This document shows positions 26,746-40,507 of a DNA stretch of 64,000 nucleotides, one piece after another; position 1 is the stretch's first letter, and each line of letters starts with the position of its first letter. Origin of the DNA: Tubulanus polymorphus. Taxonomy: Eukaryota; Animalia; Nemertea. The notes under the pieces are model-generated. The model worked only from the letters and a program-made list of their open reading frames with translations. It ran no database searches and had not been told where the DNA came from. Where the stretch lies: positions 4,680,600-4,744,599 of the forward strand of contig NC_134036.1 of the NCBI RefSeq assembly GCF_964204645.1, given 5' to 3'. A program made the position numbers and the translations under genes.

Positions 26746-27159
26746 TTTCATCGGTTCACTGTTTCAACAGTTCCCGACTCAACCGATAATACTTCGAACG
26801 AAAAAAAATACAAGATTTTATCGGTAAACGCGAAACTTTTGCGAGTAAGAAACATGTAATCTACTGCAAGGTTGGAACTATAACACGACAGTTACGTCCG
26901 CGTCGATATCGAAGACAAACATATGCTCATAACAACCTAAGTCCGACGACGACAACTTAGAGACATCTATTTCGCTAAATTACATTACATTCTCGCTCGC
27001 AATCGATTTCGATAGCGACATAGGAACGCGGCGGCGGTGTACGCGCCGGCGGCGTCGGTCGATGACGTCTTCGCCATTGATAATAACAATAATATCATCA
27101 CATCCCCGCAGTGACGACGGCTACACTCTGTTCCTTCGACGCGGCTAGGAAATCCTTAA

Positions 27160-27732
27160 CCCTTTCGCTACGTGTGACGTTTTGGAAACGTCATATGAGT
27201 GACACTTGCTGTGCGTATGACGTTGTAGAAACGTCATGCACCTATTGATTTATAACTCGAACGCGTACACAGCAAACAGTATGGAAACGCATGTAAGACA
27301 AGATAGTTAGCTTTCTAAACAACAGATGGCGAAAATGCGTCAGTAGTTGGTGCTGTCAGCCTGTTGAGCACATGGTAATTTGCGCGGGATTGAGATGGCT
27401 CCCCACTTACGTACCTCTACCAGCGGAAAAGGATATCCCATATCAATTGAATTTCTTTCATCCACACCGTAGCATCAATCACCAAAGACTGAGATAGGCA
27501 CTTGGGTGAAAAACTGAAAAAAAAAAATTTTTAACCCATCCTGACCCCCCCCCAACACGCCCCCCCTACAGAAAAGGCTGTTGGTATGATTTTTTACTGA
27601 TTTTCACTAAATAACATCATAATCTTCGATAAAAACGCGAAAAATCGGGGTTAAAAACAATTTGAAAAAAATCGAATTTTTCGGAAAATACCTTACGTAG
27701 GGGGCGGTGCAAGCGTGTACGCAGCGAAAGGG
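27160..27732. mobile_element. Non-autonomous piggyBac element, 573 bp
   Basis: TTAA|CCCTTTCGCTACGT...ACGCAGCGAAAGGG|TTAA: 14-bp TIR with one mismatch, CCC/GGG ends and a TTAA target-site duplication; no ORF. Confidence 0.9.
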
Positions 27733-29699
27733 TTAATAAGTCGATAATCAGATACCGAATCTAAGAGAGGATTTGTCGTCGAATAGACTAGGAAACCATA
27801 TCGACTGTATATACTGCTGGCGATGATTGATTTACGTGCTACGGCTTTGACCTCACGAGTCCGCGCAGCGTTCGACCAGACCTCACCCGGTTTGAACCCG
27901 TGTCTGCTCTATATATCCGGGTATCATTGGTAAACGATCTTATTAGGTTAGGTATCAGTGCCGTTGCGGTGGCAAGTGAGGATCTGTTTCGCTTCAATTT
28001 AACTGTTCTTCAATGAGGAACCTCGAACGCTACTATGGCAATCGGGGAACCGGCAGGTTCGCTACAGTACGTAGTTACTCGGTCTGCCGCGTACAATTTC
28101 TCCTACTTTTCGGTTATATTCGAAAAAAAACTTTTCGCACGAATTAATCGATTATAAATGAAATTTCAACAAAGCCCTGAGTGGGAAATGTAAATTTTGT
28201 GGCTCCCGTGATAATGTTTGGTTTAGCCTAAAAATTTCGAAGCGCTTTGATAATGATTTTGACATCGTGAGACACGCTGCTTTTTACGCCATCTTGCAAA
28301 ATAGCCGGTGTTGCAGTTCCCGATTTTTCCTAGATCTCAGTTAAACTCGAATTGGCTTTTCTTATGAGTAAATCAACTCATTTTGCCAATCAATCAACTG
28401 CGGCAAGCGATCATCCACAAGGTTCGCTAGTGGTTACTGTGTTACCGCGCTTCGATTTCTCCTCTTTACATTCGAATCTAATTCTCTCATTATTACAACG
28501 TTTAATGAGATTCATACCAAACACCGAATGAGAGGATAAATCCTATTATCTTACATCTATTTGATGACTCAGTTAATCAAATTTGCATTACGAAGAAGTC
28601 TAAACATCCGCAAAACCTATTTCGCTGCTTTGCGGCTATATTTACAATCGCATTCGATTTTCTACGAAAATTGACGCAAGAAAAGCAATCGAAAGCTGTT
28701 TCCAAACGTGCACACATTAGTGGACAACCGCATTATAACTAACTAACCTTGTTAATAAAATGTTATCTCTTTCAAAATAAGATCTATAAAAAAACTTTTA
28801 ATGTCTAGCGGTATGAGCAATGACATACCGCAATGCGCGTATCGTAAGACCGCCTGCAACGGCATGTATCGGTCGCTGAGCAGAAGCTGACGCATCGGAA
28901 AAAAGGAAAAGAACAACGCCTCATTTTTCGAGTCCTGTTTTGACGAGAATAACAAATACGACTTCGCCGTTTTTAATTCGGTTACGGCGAGAATCGCTCG
29001 ACGGTCTAGTACGGAATTGAATTAGATGATGAAGTCAGCATTTCTGCCTCAACGACGACGACGACGACGAAACTCGGGACACACACAAGTGGTCTGTACA
29101 CAAGCGCGCCTGCCTACCGTATTGGCCATCGAGCATTCGACGGTGTTTATTCGGCGCATTTGCGTCAATTTACCCGGCCTGTTAAGCGTCTGAAATTGCC
29201 TCGTCGCGCATCTCGACGACGACACTCGGCGTTAACCGATTATGCGGCGCTCGGTTAGAACTCGCCGAGTCGCCGGAACGTCCGTGCATGCGTATACAGC
29301 ATACGGACGCAGAATGTGCTCCGGGATCACGGCGTTTTGAAGGCGCACGCATTACAACCGGCGCATTAGCCGCGCTTCCGGAACAGTGCGTGACCGGCAT
29401 GTCAAAGGACGTGATCGCATAATGGCTGACGCGCCGTGTGCGCTGCCGTCCATTTTGATGATGTTGATATAACGATATACGGAAGGCTTCGCAATATCGA
29501 GCCCGTCCCGATGCCGATCAACTTGGTCAGTTTACCTTCTACTTACATAGAGGTATATACCGTTAATGGTTCAGTTCGTTTAGACTTTTAATGTTTCCTC
29601 CCTACTGGCTACTAGTCCAGTCGGTTCATCGCTTTTCTCAACCAGTGGGGGTAAACATCACACTGATGGTCATAACAGTGTCGGCTGGGGTATGCACAG

Positions 29700-29930
29700 A
29701 AAAACCTATTGTTCTCCCGCTACAGCTGATAGGGGGTTCACCAGCAATGTATCGTGCCTGTTCTACTTGCTGCTCTCCAACTAAAATGTGAGGAGAGGGG
29801 GTTCACCGAGAACCTATTGCGTCTGTTCTACTCGCTGCTCTCCAGCTACAGCTGTGAGGAGAGGGGGTTCACCGAGAACCTATTGCATATATTTGTCATC
29901 CGTCAAAAGAGGGGAGGTTTCCTCGAGAAC
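29700..29930 (+). repeat. Minisatellite family G (about 63-66-bp unit GAGGGGGTTCACCGAGAACCTATTGC..CTGTTCTACTCGCTGCTCTCC.GCTACAGCTGTGAG)
   Basis: About 3 tandem copies; a second array lies at 37453-37612. Confidence 0.85.
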
Positions 29931-31536
29931 AAACCATTCATATTGTATTCTCTTAGACCAACACACCTGAAGTACTTATCATTTGACTAGTTCACATTTC
30001 ACAAAACATTCTCAGGCTATATAGGTCGACATGAAATTCCTTAAAGTCTTAACGAAAACAGAAACAGTAGCCTACGCACGTGCCCCATCAAATGATTATA
30101 TTTACTGTCGTCGAGAGTACGTACGAGCTATTATGTTCTAAGTAATCTATCGCGCCATCGATCATCGTCAGACGCGTTCTTTAAAACGCGTTCGTTGCAT
30201 TCTCGAGTAATTTCCGGCCAATCCTCGATACCTAATACCCGTCAGCACCCGCGCAACGACGTCGTATCCGCCGTCGCCGAGTCGTCGGTATCGATTACCG
30301 ATACGTACATATATACATGCAGTGTACTTGTATGTGTACACCTGAGATGCGTATAGTTGTTATATATAGCTGAATATTCAAGAGACGTCGACGACCATCG
30401 CTTTACTAATGTACATGATACATTATACACGTGTACCCTTAGTGCTGGTATCCCGCCATGGCTCCTTTGCGAGTTATATGTGTATTTCGCGGAATACCGT
30501 GCGATTGAAAAATTATCTACAATAAAAATAATGATTATCATTTATTTCATCATTAATCACGAAACGTAAAATTACGAATAGAATACATGAAAGTATATAC
30601 TTTAGTGACCGCGCGAAAGTGCCCTTTGAATATTCATTTATGATTCAAAAATAGTGAGAATCATTTTCTGGGAAGTCTTATGGATGCCAAAAGGCATACG
30701 GCTGCTGAAATTGGTCGAGAGGTCGCAGAAAGAATGCCCAGAATAGAAAGTGCCCTTGAAAACAAGAATTGAAAGAGCTTCACGCTGACTCGTCGAAGCA
30801 CGTTTCGCCGATGCAGTTCATATCATGGGCATTTTCGAAGAAAAAACAAAACCTATATATCTAGGGCTGTGCCTCACATATCAATACGTAACCCGTGCCA
30901 CTGGCACTACCGCAAGATGGCGTACGTTTCAGTGGGACAACGCGATACAAATCTAGTTCATTTCCTACGAAACATTGTGTAGATTATCAGCCCACACACG
31001 AAACATTAGGCAAATCGAATCGTTTGGCAAGCCTAGATTGATCTCAAGGGTTGATTATTATGTAAGCGTGATCTCCATTCATCATTCATAGAATTTGAGG
31101 AATTTTACCGATGGATGTTCGGCGTCGTCGTCCTATTGCTCGCTAGCGACATTGTTAGTTACTAGCTCGTCGAGGCCGAACAGAGCCCTAACATCTCGAT
31201 GATTCCCCACTAAATTAATATCGATACCGATAAATAATAAGGTGCATTAGACGTACCCACGGTCTACGATGGAGACACATAAAAAGCGGATGATACGTTA
31301 GAACGTATCGGCGACGGCGACGTAATTCGGAAGGTAGAGATATCATCGCGAACGCGCGGGAGTGCTACCTATACGATCGAATGCGAGTAGCTGCTTTTAT
31401 CTAATTGAATCCGAATCGATTTCGACGACGAAGCCGTCAGAGTTTCGAATGGATCACGGCTGCTTTTGATAGATAATGCGCGTGGTTCTAAATATAGCGA
31501 ACGTCGACGATCACGCTGTTGATGATGTTGTCGAGA

Positions 31537-32364
31537 AGCGGTTGAGTTTCGAATATTCAATCGACCATACATAAAAAAGGTATTAAGTTGGTCAGATGCA
31601 ACCACTCGCTGCATGTGCGATCAGAATTTCGTTCGGGGCGTTTAAGCGATTAAGGTTCCGGGCCCTTATTGGAAACATTCCTTAGCTCATACTGTACATC
31701 GTCCCCCGGCAGGGATTCGAACCTGAGATTGCAACGGTACGGAACCCTGCCACACTAGACCGAGTGCGCAGCTACATTCTCAGCTTATATGATGTCATTA
31801 TTAGCCAATCAGAAATCCCGTTTTACCTTAACCCGGATTTTCCTATTTATAGTTCCTCTCTGAAATTTGCCTCAGCGTTCATACAGCGAGCGATCTGATT
31901 GGTGCCGCAAGTTTTTGTGCGGCAAAGCTGCGCACCCGGTCTACATGGGCAGCGGTTGAGTTTCGAATATTCAATCGACCATACATAAAAAAGGTATTAA
32001 GTTGGTCAGATGCAACCACTCGCTGCATGTGCGATCAGAATTTCGTTCGGGGCGTTTAAGCGATTAAGGTTCCGGGCCCTTATTGGAAACATTCCTTAGC
32101 TCATACTGTACATCGTCCCCCGGCAGGGATTCGAACCTGAGATTGCAACGGTACGGAACCCTGCCACACTAGACCGAGTGCGCAGCTACATTCTCAGCTT
32201 ATATGATGTCATTATTAGCCAATCAGAAATCCCGTTTTACCTTAACCCGGATTTTCCTATTTATAGTTCCTCTCTGAAATTTGCCTCAGCGTTCATACAG
32301 CGAGCGATCTGATTGGTGCCGCAAGTTTTTGTGCGGCAAAGCTGCGCACCCGGTCTACATGGGC
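31537..32364 (+). repeat. Tandem duplication of a 414-bp segment (31537-31950, 31951-32364)
   Basis: Copies appear identical by eye; both begin AGCGGTTGAGTTTCGAATATTC. Confidence 0.93.
31703..31775 (-). mobile_element. tRNA-derived SINE-like head (duplicated at 32117-32189)
   Basis: Minus strand GTAGCTGCGCACTCGGTCTAGTGTGG...CAGGTTCGAATCCCTGCC: A-box-like sequence and a canonical B-box/T-arm, but no full cloverleaf. Confidence 0.55.
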
Positions 32365-32440
32365 AGGGGTTCATGTCGTGGCTGAGTAAAGCGATAACAT
32401 CAGGTTTGAACCCCTGCAGAGAGAGGATGATACTTTAGCG
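32317..32440 (+). mobile_element. SINE-like head of the same family on the + strand
   Basis: GCTGCGCACCCGGTCTACATGGGCAGGGGTTC...CAGGTTTGAACCCCTGC. Confidence 0.45.
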
Positions 32441-34979
32441 CCCGTTAGACGCTGGCTAGATCATAGCAAAGTCTGGATAGCAAAAAATCACATTAGGCTA
32501 AACATTTGATACATTTTTTGCATTTGCACTAAGCTTTCAAGTCAATCCGGTCAGTCGCCTATTACGCTACCTTTTTTTAAAATCATCACCGAGCTATAAC
32601 CATGACAAATCCCGCAGTTATAGAAATGAACTGATAACCAGTTTTATCGCAATTTACTAAACGACCCTGCCGTTTAGGAGAAACAAGGTATCAACGTTTT
32701 TAGCCTTACTAATACACGAAAATCGCGCCGATCGGCACTTAGCCTAATGCGGATTTTACGACGGCGCGTTCGACTGTTTTTGACGGCTCGGTAATACTCG
32801 ATCATTATTACCTAATAACGCGCAAATCTACTACACAGGCGCGCGTGTTTTATCGGTCCCGCGTCGGGGGGCAGCGCGCCGCAAACCGCCGCAGCCGTCC
32901 GGTCGAAATGACCGCAGCGCAATAAACGATACAGCAGCTCCCGCGAGTGCGATCAACACAAAACGTTGCCGATCGTTAAAACTTGTGACATACCAGAATC
33001 AGAGGTGTCTTCGCCCACACAGTTGTGATTATATATGAATCGAAAACGTGACCCGTCATCAGCGAAAACTGCCGTCCGCCATTTTGCTCCTCAAACTATC
33101 GTGTGACCGCGAGGAAATAATCAATCGTGAAAGTATTTCACAATTTATAATTTAAATTATACATAATGGTATTATGTTATGAAAATAAGAATTCATTTCA
33201 TGTAAAAAGAAATTGAAAATCTAATTGTTTTTGAATTTGATGTGATAAAAGAAAATTCACGCGACCGGTTACCAGTGCGCGACAGATGGCGCTCCACGCA
33301 TAATTAAAAAGGTCAAGGTAGCCGAAAGTTACTATTACGTCTACCGTCGTGAGAGTAGACCTCTTATTTTGCAATGTTTTACTCATACTCCCTATTTTAT
33401 CTAATTCGTGAATTGATATAATCAATTATCAATATTACATGTATACTCTTAAAGGGTAATGGGTACATACGCTTCAGAATCAATTGGTTTTGCTCGTATC
33501 GGTAGAATTTGCAGCTATATTGAGATGAAAGTCCGAAGGCGCTGAAAGCTTTCCTATAAAGACGTTCGAGATATTCAAAGGTGCTATTTTGGTATATTCC
33601 ACAATGGCTCAGCCGTCTTGACTGATAGTAAATATTTCTAATATCCATAATGTATCTATGATAGAAGCGATCTTAGGTTTTTATTTTCATTACCATCGCT
33701 CGCTTTGAAATTGGCGAACTTTTCGAATTACATGCGAATACTCCATCGTTGCATAACGCATTAAAAATGACAACGCAAATGAAACACCATTAGATCACCA
33801 GCTAGGGACAGACGGCACCCACGCACGACGCGAAAAAATAGAATCTAATCAGAGGTCCGTTCATCACGGCAGATGACATTATATCAAAATCCGAAAGCAA
33901 TATCGTTTTTCATCATGTTTTGCCGACGTTTCCGCGGCCTACGGACTATTTATATAGTAATGATATATCAGTAGCCTTCGCAACGAAAACCAACGCCCGC
34001 AATTCGATCTACATCTTATCGAAAGCTATTTGATGATGAAAGTAAGCCAGGGCTATCGGGACCACCGGAGCCACCCACCGCCCGAGATTATCGTATCGTT
34101 GCGTTCATGGTTAATTTGGAACGTTCTTTGTTTAAGATGACCGATCGTAAAACAAAAAAAATCAGTAAATTCGACCACAGATCACACAACTATATCTGTA
34201 TTTCGATTCGCAATTTCAAATTCAAACCCCCTGTATCAATTTCGGCTGGTGTGGTGGGTTTGTGAAGGGACGCCATGTCAAACAAATCGGACGAAATCTA
34301 TATATCAAATAAATAACAGGGTTAATCCCTATCCTAAGATCATAAGGTGTATTTTAAGGAACATAATTACTAAGTAAGTTTTCATAAACAATCATATACT
34401 ATAACATCCAAATCCCTACATGGAGGAGATTTGGAGTTGCGCGAAAAAAGATTTGAAAACCTTTCACCCCAGTTCCGGAACTCAAAGAACTCAAAGAACG
34501 TGCTTCCCGTGGCCCTGTTTGGCTAATAATTGGCAATAATCTCATCTCGGTATAAGAAATGTATAGGGAGGGTCCAAAATCAAGCACATTCTTGTTAGAG
34601 TGAATATGGAATTAAAATTCAGTGATTCCATTTTCTGTATGAAATGTCTCCATTTTCATAGATCGGCCTAGCGCCGTAAAAAGCGGTCATCATCAGTCTC
34701 CGCGCTTTCATTTCGTCTCAGATTTCGTCTCATAAAGACGCCGATTGCGCTCGTCGATTTCAACCGCCCCCGCTTCAATCAGCCGACATTGATGCATTTT
34801 CTTAACGTCTCCCTCGAGAATACCTCGCGTCGATGTTTATATTCGTGATTGCACGACGACGGCTACGGCTTTTCGAGAAAGTAATATGCGTCATAATTTT
34901 TACTACGGGATCGTGACAAAACATACACACGAAATGGCGGCCGAAACGGCGTTGCGCCGGATGTGTGCCACTGGTCTCT

Positions 34980-35440
34980 AAGTCCAAGAGTCAAAATAAA
35001 CCCACACAACTGTGGAACTGGATCCAGAGTCATATTTAACCTATACAACACTGTGGAACTGGGTTCAAAATGAAACTAAACCCGACATCTTTGGAATTCG
35101 ATCCTGAGACAAATTGAACCCTTGCACAGTGGAACTGGATTCGAAGTCAAATTAAATCCACATGACTGTGGAACTGGGTCCTGAGTCGAGATAAATCCAC
35201 ACGATCAAATTAAATTCACTCAACTGTGGAACTGGGTACGTTCCAGAATCGAAAAATAACCACACAACTTCGGAACTGGGTTCCGTGTCGGCATAAACCC
35301 ACACAAAACTGTTGAACTGGTTTCACAATGACATCGAACCCACTCGTTTGTGGAATTCGATCCGGAATGAAAAGAAACCGACAAAACTGTGGAACTGGAT
35401 CTGGGGCCAAATTCAATTCAAACGACTGTGGAACTGGGTC
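34980..35440 (-). repeat. Minisatellite family D array, inverted
   Basis: ACTGTGGAACTGG repeated at about 40-bp spacing. Confidence 0.87.
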
Positions 35441-36184
35441 TTATTTACCTACCATTACATGTGTATAATCCGCGTTGGTTAGATTTGAATCAACGCAAAA
35501 CAGACGCGACAGACGTCAAGGGAATAAACGTTCCTTTTTTATGCGTCGAAAATAAACCGCCGCGAAATACGATCGGATCGACGATGACATTATTATATAC
35601 TTCAATTAAAAGACTTCCCTATTATCCGCGCGCGTTCAATTACGCGGAATGACATTTAGACAGAGATCTCGCAGCTAATATCGTGTGGTTATTTATATTT
35701 CGTGAACGTCCCGTAACGATGTCGCTCGGCGCTCGGCCTTTCGCCCATCGCAAAACAAACATTCATTAAATCATCATACCAGCGTCGCATCGTCGACGAC
35801 GACGACGGCGACGACGACGACGCAATCGATGACGTCAGGAACGCCCCGGCGGTTGGAGCCTTATTGCGTTCGAGCCGTCTTCCTTTTCGGTTGCTTCGAA
35901 CTGGTAACTTCATATTACTTGACATTACCATAGATTGCTTTCTATTATTAGAAGTTAGTGAAACCTATAACTTATGACCGAAAAAGGATGGAAAAAGTAT
36001 GATAAAATCAACAATATAACTAACCTAAAGTTAATTGACGCCTATAAAATAACGAATATGCATTGCTTGATATTGACGACAATAGATAATTTAATATGAA
36101 GAGTCCATTATCAACGATCAATGAAGTAACGTTGATTTGAATCTAATTGAATCGAATTCGTGCGGCAACCGGTCTATCACTGCT

Positions 36185-36330
36185 ATCTTGATGACGTAGT
36201 ACACAGCCTCTCAAAGATGTTTATCAGAAATATTATCAGAGTTATGAAATATATTTGCTCACAAAAAAAAACGATTGTAAACGCTATTTTGAAACGCAAA
36301 ACTCGATGACGTAGTGCACATCGACTCGTG
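36185..36330 (+). repeat. Interspersed repeat family J (GATGACGTAGT(A/G)CAC doublet); inverted homologue at about 46700-46870
   Basis: Shared GATGACGTAGTGCAC / TTTGAAACGC motifs in opposite orientation. Confidence 0.5.
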
Positions 36331-36842
36331 AAGAGATACGGCATACTAGGTATCAATGTATATAAACATTATTTTAACGTTATTTTGCGAAATCAACACG
36401 ATGAAACCGCTTCGTGATAAAGCGTATATGAATATTGCGCCAAATACGGTAAATAACGAGGCAGTGTTGCTCGTTAATGGCGGCCGTGTTCGCGCACTGC
36501 GTTATAATATCAGCCGGATCTGAAGTGTTCCTGTGCACGATGATTAATCGTCGTCGCTTTGCGCGTTCGACAACATTACATAAATACGCCGCTTAGCAGC
36601 TCGAAGCCGCCCCCGCAATGACGTCACAACGCCAGCACCAGTAGCGGCAGCGGGCTGTTGTTAAGCTTTGACGCGGTTCTATTTATGGCTCGCACTAGCG
36701 ACCTTGCCCGAATCGGCGCATTATCCATTCGTCGAATGGTCGTAACACGACTCCGAACTGGGAATGTATATAGCCGAAAGGTTTACAACCGGGGACTAAA
36801 ATTGGAAGCATTGCCTTCAAAATAGACTTGGTTTTTTATAGG

Positions 36843-37155
36843 ACTAATCATAATTTTACTGATTAGCTGCGATGGTTGACAATGATAGAGTTATCAAAAG
36901 CAACTAATCTTAATTTAACTGAATTGTTGTAATTATTGAGAATGTGAAGGTCGTCATTAGTAACTAATCATAAGTTTACTGAATCTTTGAAGTTATTGAG
37001 AATGAGAAGGTCGTTATTAGTAAATAAACATAATTTTACTGAATCGTTGAAGTTATTGAGAATGAGAAGATAATCATTAGTAACTAATCATAAGTTTACT
37101 GAATCTTTGGAATTATTGAGAATAACAAGGTCGTCGTAAGGAACTAATCATAAGT
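36843..37155 (+). repeat. Minisatellite family A array
   Basis: About 5 copies. Confidence 0.9.
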
Positions 37156-37452
37156 CACCCCCCCCCCTCAACGCACATCATGAAATACAGTAGAATTTCA
37201 ATCACGTCTAAAAATAACTCGCCGTCATCTTCTCGGTCGTTGGAGTCAAATAGAACGAAAATCGACGAATCGAGAAATTAAATGGCAATAAACGTGATTT
37301 ATAGATCGCCGGGTGCGGTTGTCGTTAGTGATGCTAGAAATAAAGTGTCGCGCGCGCGACGCGGTTATTATAGAACTTCAGGCATGTTTTCGAGATGATT
37401 TGTTATGATTGTCGTCTCCTGTGGCTGAGATTTACCGACTCGTCTTGATAAT

Positions 37453-37612
37453 TTGTTCTACTCGCCGCTCTCCCGCTACAGCTATGAGTAGAGGGGGTTC
37501 ACCGAGAACCTATATTGCATCTGTTCTACTCGCCGCTCTCCCGCTACAGCTGTGAGGGGAGAGGGGTTCACCGAGAACTTATTATGTCTGTTCTACTCGC
37601 TGCTCTTCCGAG
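37453..37612 (+). repeat. Minisatellite family G array
   Basis: About 2.5 copies. Confidence 0.85.
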
Positions 37613-37999
37613 CTTTGAGAAGGGTCTTCGTGCACTTTTTTCGTATATTATCATTTTTCATAAGTATTCGAAGTCATCAAACTTAGAAAAACCTTGGTTA
37701 GTAAATAACATCACAAACGACGTGCTTTAGTAGTTAAACCATCCGTTCACACCTCTATAACCCGATATGTTAATTGGGCCTCAGTAGTGGCATTTCCAAG
37801 AAAACCAGTCAAACTCTTGTCAGTTAACCTGACACCTTCAGATAACAGCCACTTCCCTGGGAATTAAACACTGTTCAAACCATTAATTGGCGACAAACTA
37901 GCTCTCTACGGATTATCAATATACGTCAGTATACAATGTGGGCACTTCAGCATCGCATAGTACTTTTCCTCGAGGGCCTCGCATACAAAATGGAACCCC

Positions 38000-38510
38000 C
38001 ATAACTGTAGATTCGGAGCGATTGGAAAAGCCTACGCACAACCATGGAACTGGGTTCGGAAGGAAATGATACGCGCAGAACTGTCGAATCGGGTCCTGGG
38101 TTAAACCAACACAACTGTTGATCTGGGACTAGTCTCAGATTAAACCTATACAAAACTGCGGAACTGGATTCGAAGTCTTATGAAAACCATACAATTTCGG
38201 AGCTGAGTTCAGAGTATAATTTGTGTCAACGCCACTTTGGACTTGAATCAAGAGTTTAATATTAAACCCATACAACTGCGGAACTGGGACCTTAGTCAAA
38301 TTAATCCCATACATCTGTTGAACTGGTTTCATTGTCAAATTAAACCAACGCAAATTTAGACCTTAATTTATTGAAATTACAAATTTATAGAACTGCTGAG
38401 CTGGTATGGTGCCAAATTTAATCCACAAAAACCGTCCCTTTTGGATCCAGAATCAAATCAAATCTACACAACTGTGAAACCGGATCCGCCGTCAAATCAA
38501 ACTAACACAC
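38000..38510 (-). repeat. Minisatellite family D array, inverted and degenerate
   Basis: AACTG(C/T)GGAACTGG repeats. Confidence 0.8.
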
Positions 38511-38894
38511 AACTCATTTCGCAAATGGAAAGAACGTACTTCGTCAATATGATTAATTGTGCGGTGTTCTATACCGCGCGCTGATGAAACGATGCCAAAG
38601 CATAAACCTCGCGTATAATCCCGGACGAGACGACTCATTTTTCGTCGTCGTAAATATAGCGCTAACCAGCGATACGACGAATAAACCATAAATAATAAAT
38701 CGACACTCGACGTAAAGCAATTCGTCTTGTGGCTAAAGTATCAGAATTCCGACGTCGTATATCGCCTCATATCGCTATTATCGCTCCTTCTCGATTAGCT
38801 TCGAAGGCCCTATTTATACATGCATAAATAAACTAGAAAATAGTCCTGATTCTACTCAGAATCCGCGGTCACGTGGCTTTTTATTTCGACTGTA

Positions 38895-39455
38895 GATTCG
38901 GGTCCACAGTTGCGTCGTGGTTTTATTGAACAGTGAACTCAGTTAAATGGTATAATGCGAGTCTTATCTGACAATATATCCAGTTCCACAGTTGTGCGGG
39001 TTTAATTTGACCCTGGATCCATTTCCACAGTTGTGCGGGTCCAATTTGACCCTGCATCCGTTCCACAGTTGTGTGAGTTTAATTTGATTCTGAATTCAAC
39101 AGTTGTGTTGATTTTTTTTTTCAAAACGGAGCTCGTTCAGCAGTCAACTAGGGTTTCTTTGACGACAGCGCCTGGTTTTATAGACTGGTATTAACTTTTT
39201 AGCCCGGGGGCTAACTGAATTTATTTTCCATTGAGTTAACCCCCGGGTTAAAGATTATACCAGTGTATTAAACCGCAGTTGTGTGGGTTCGATTTTATTC
39301 CGGAGCAAGTTCCACGGTAATTTTGTGTCGGTTTGATTCGACTTCGGGTCCGGTTCCACAGTTATTCGAATTTGATTTTACTCTGCATCAAGTCCCGCAG
39401 ATGTGTGGATTAATCTTGACCCTGGACCCAGATCCATGTTGGCGTGGGTTTAATT
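38895..39455 (+). repeat. Minisatellite family D array interrupted by a MITE
   Basis: TTCCACAGTTGTG repeats on either side of 39168-39275. Confidence 0.82.
39168..39275. mobile_element. MITE family 3 (GGTTTTATAGACTGGTATTA...TATACCAGTGTATTAAACC)
   Basis: Almost entirely palindromic; homologous to 40399-40507. Confidence 0.7.
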
Positions 39456-40398
39456 CAATTCAATTCTTCACTCCGAGTTTTTTCCAACTCGTCCATCGCC
39501 ATTTGCCCAGCGATCGTAATAACGTTTTTTTTAAAACCAAAACCTTTGATAGAATCTCCATCCGTTGTCACATTTCCTCTCTCTCTCTCTCTCTCTCGTG
39601 CGCGCTCTCTCTCTCTCTCTCGTGTCTTATTATCTTTATTTGCGACGACGGAAAGAAATACCAAAGACGCACTCGGCAACAGTCTCCACATTCGACGACG
39701 AAAGGTCACGCGCAATCCGGTAACAAGCGTGACGTATATAGATTCGTCGATGACGCGCCTTGATTACCTTTCAATCAAAACCGCAATCCCGCGGATAATT
39801 TCCGGTCGACGATGGGAAAAGAAATCGAGGTGTGATCGCGCTCGACGTGTGTCGTACAGCCTCGTCGTGGCGTCGAAACCTCGCCATACGGTTTCGTCTC
39901 CTCGTTTTTTTTTCGGAGATGAAACGTTGACGTCATCGCAAAAATTCGGAACGTCGGAAACACTTCCGAGGAAATTACGTATATATCGCCTTATTCGTAT
40001 TCACCCCGGTCCTACCGGAGATGGTTATATAAGTTCTGCCGCCGCCTTATACGGCACTCGAATTCGATCTGAGCGTACCCAACTACCGCACTGTGGTGGT
40101 AACGCCAGACACTCAAAAACAGATCCCCTCATTCAGCCCGGCGCGTGTGGGGTGTTTTTTTTATCTTGATTGACTCTGTTATTTTGTTATTTGTTTGATT
40201 GGTATAGGTTTAGCTTGATTTGTTTTGATTTGGTGTCCATAACAACCAACCACACCAGCCGGGAGCGAAAACGGGATTTTGAAATCTGAAATCGAAGTGC
40301 AGACATAGTTGCGTGATCGGCGGGTGAATTAATTATTGGTTTTTTTTTGTTTTTGTTTAAATCGAAGTATATTAAAACTAGTGAAATTTCGGTTCCAC

Positions 40399-40507
40399 GG
40401 GCCGGTTTTATAGATTGGTATTACCTTTTACCCGGGGCTAACTCAATTCATTATATATTTAGTTAAACCCCGGGTTAAAGGTAATACCAGTCAATAAAAC
40501 CGGGCCC
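40399..40507. mobile_element. MITE family 3, more intact copy
   Basis: GGGCCGGTTTTATAGATTGGTATTACCTTT...AAAGGTAATACCAGTCAATAAAACCGGGCCC, about 45-bp imperfect TIRs. Confidence 0.8.

Noticed and set aside
31703-31775. Functional tRNA gene
   Set aside because: T-arm/B-box present, but no convincing acceptor stem, anticodon arm or poly-T terminator; treated as a SINE-like head.
39281-40169. 160-aa and 241-aa ORFs
   Set aside because: They run through minisatellite D and a (CT)n tract; no protein-like composition or splice support.
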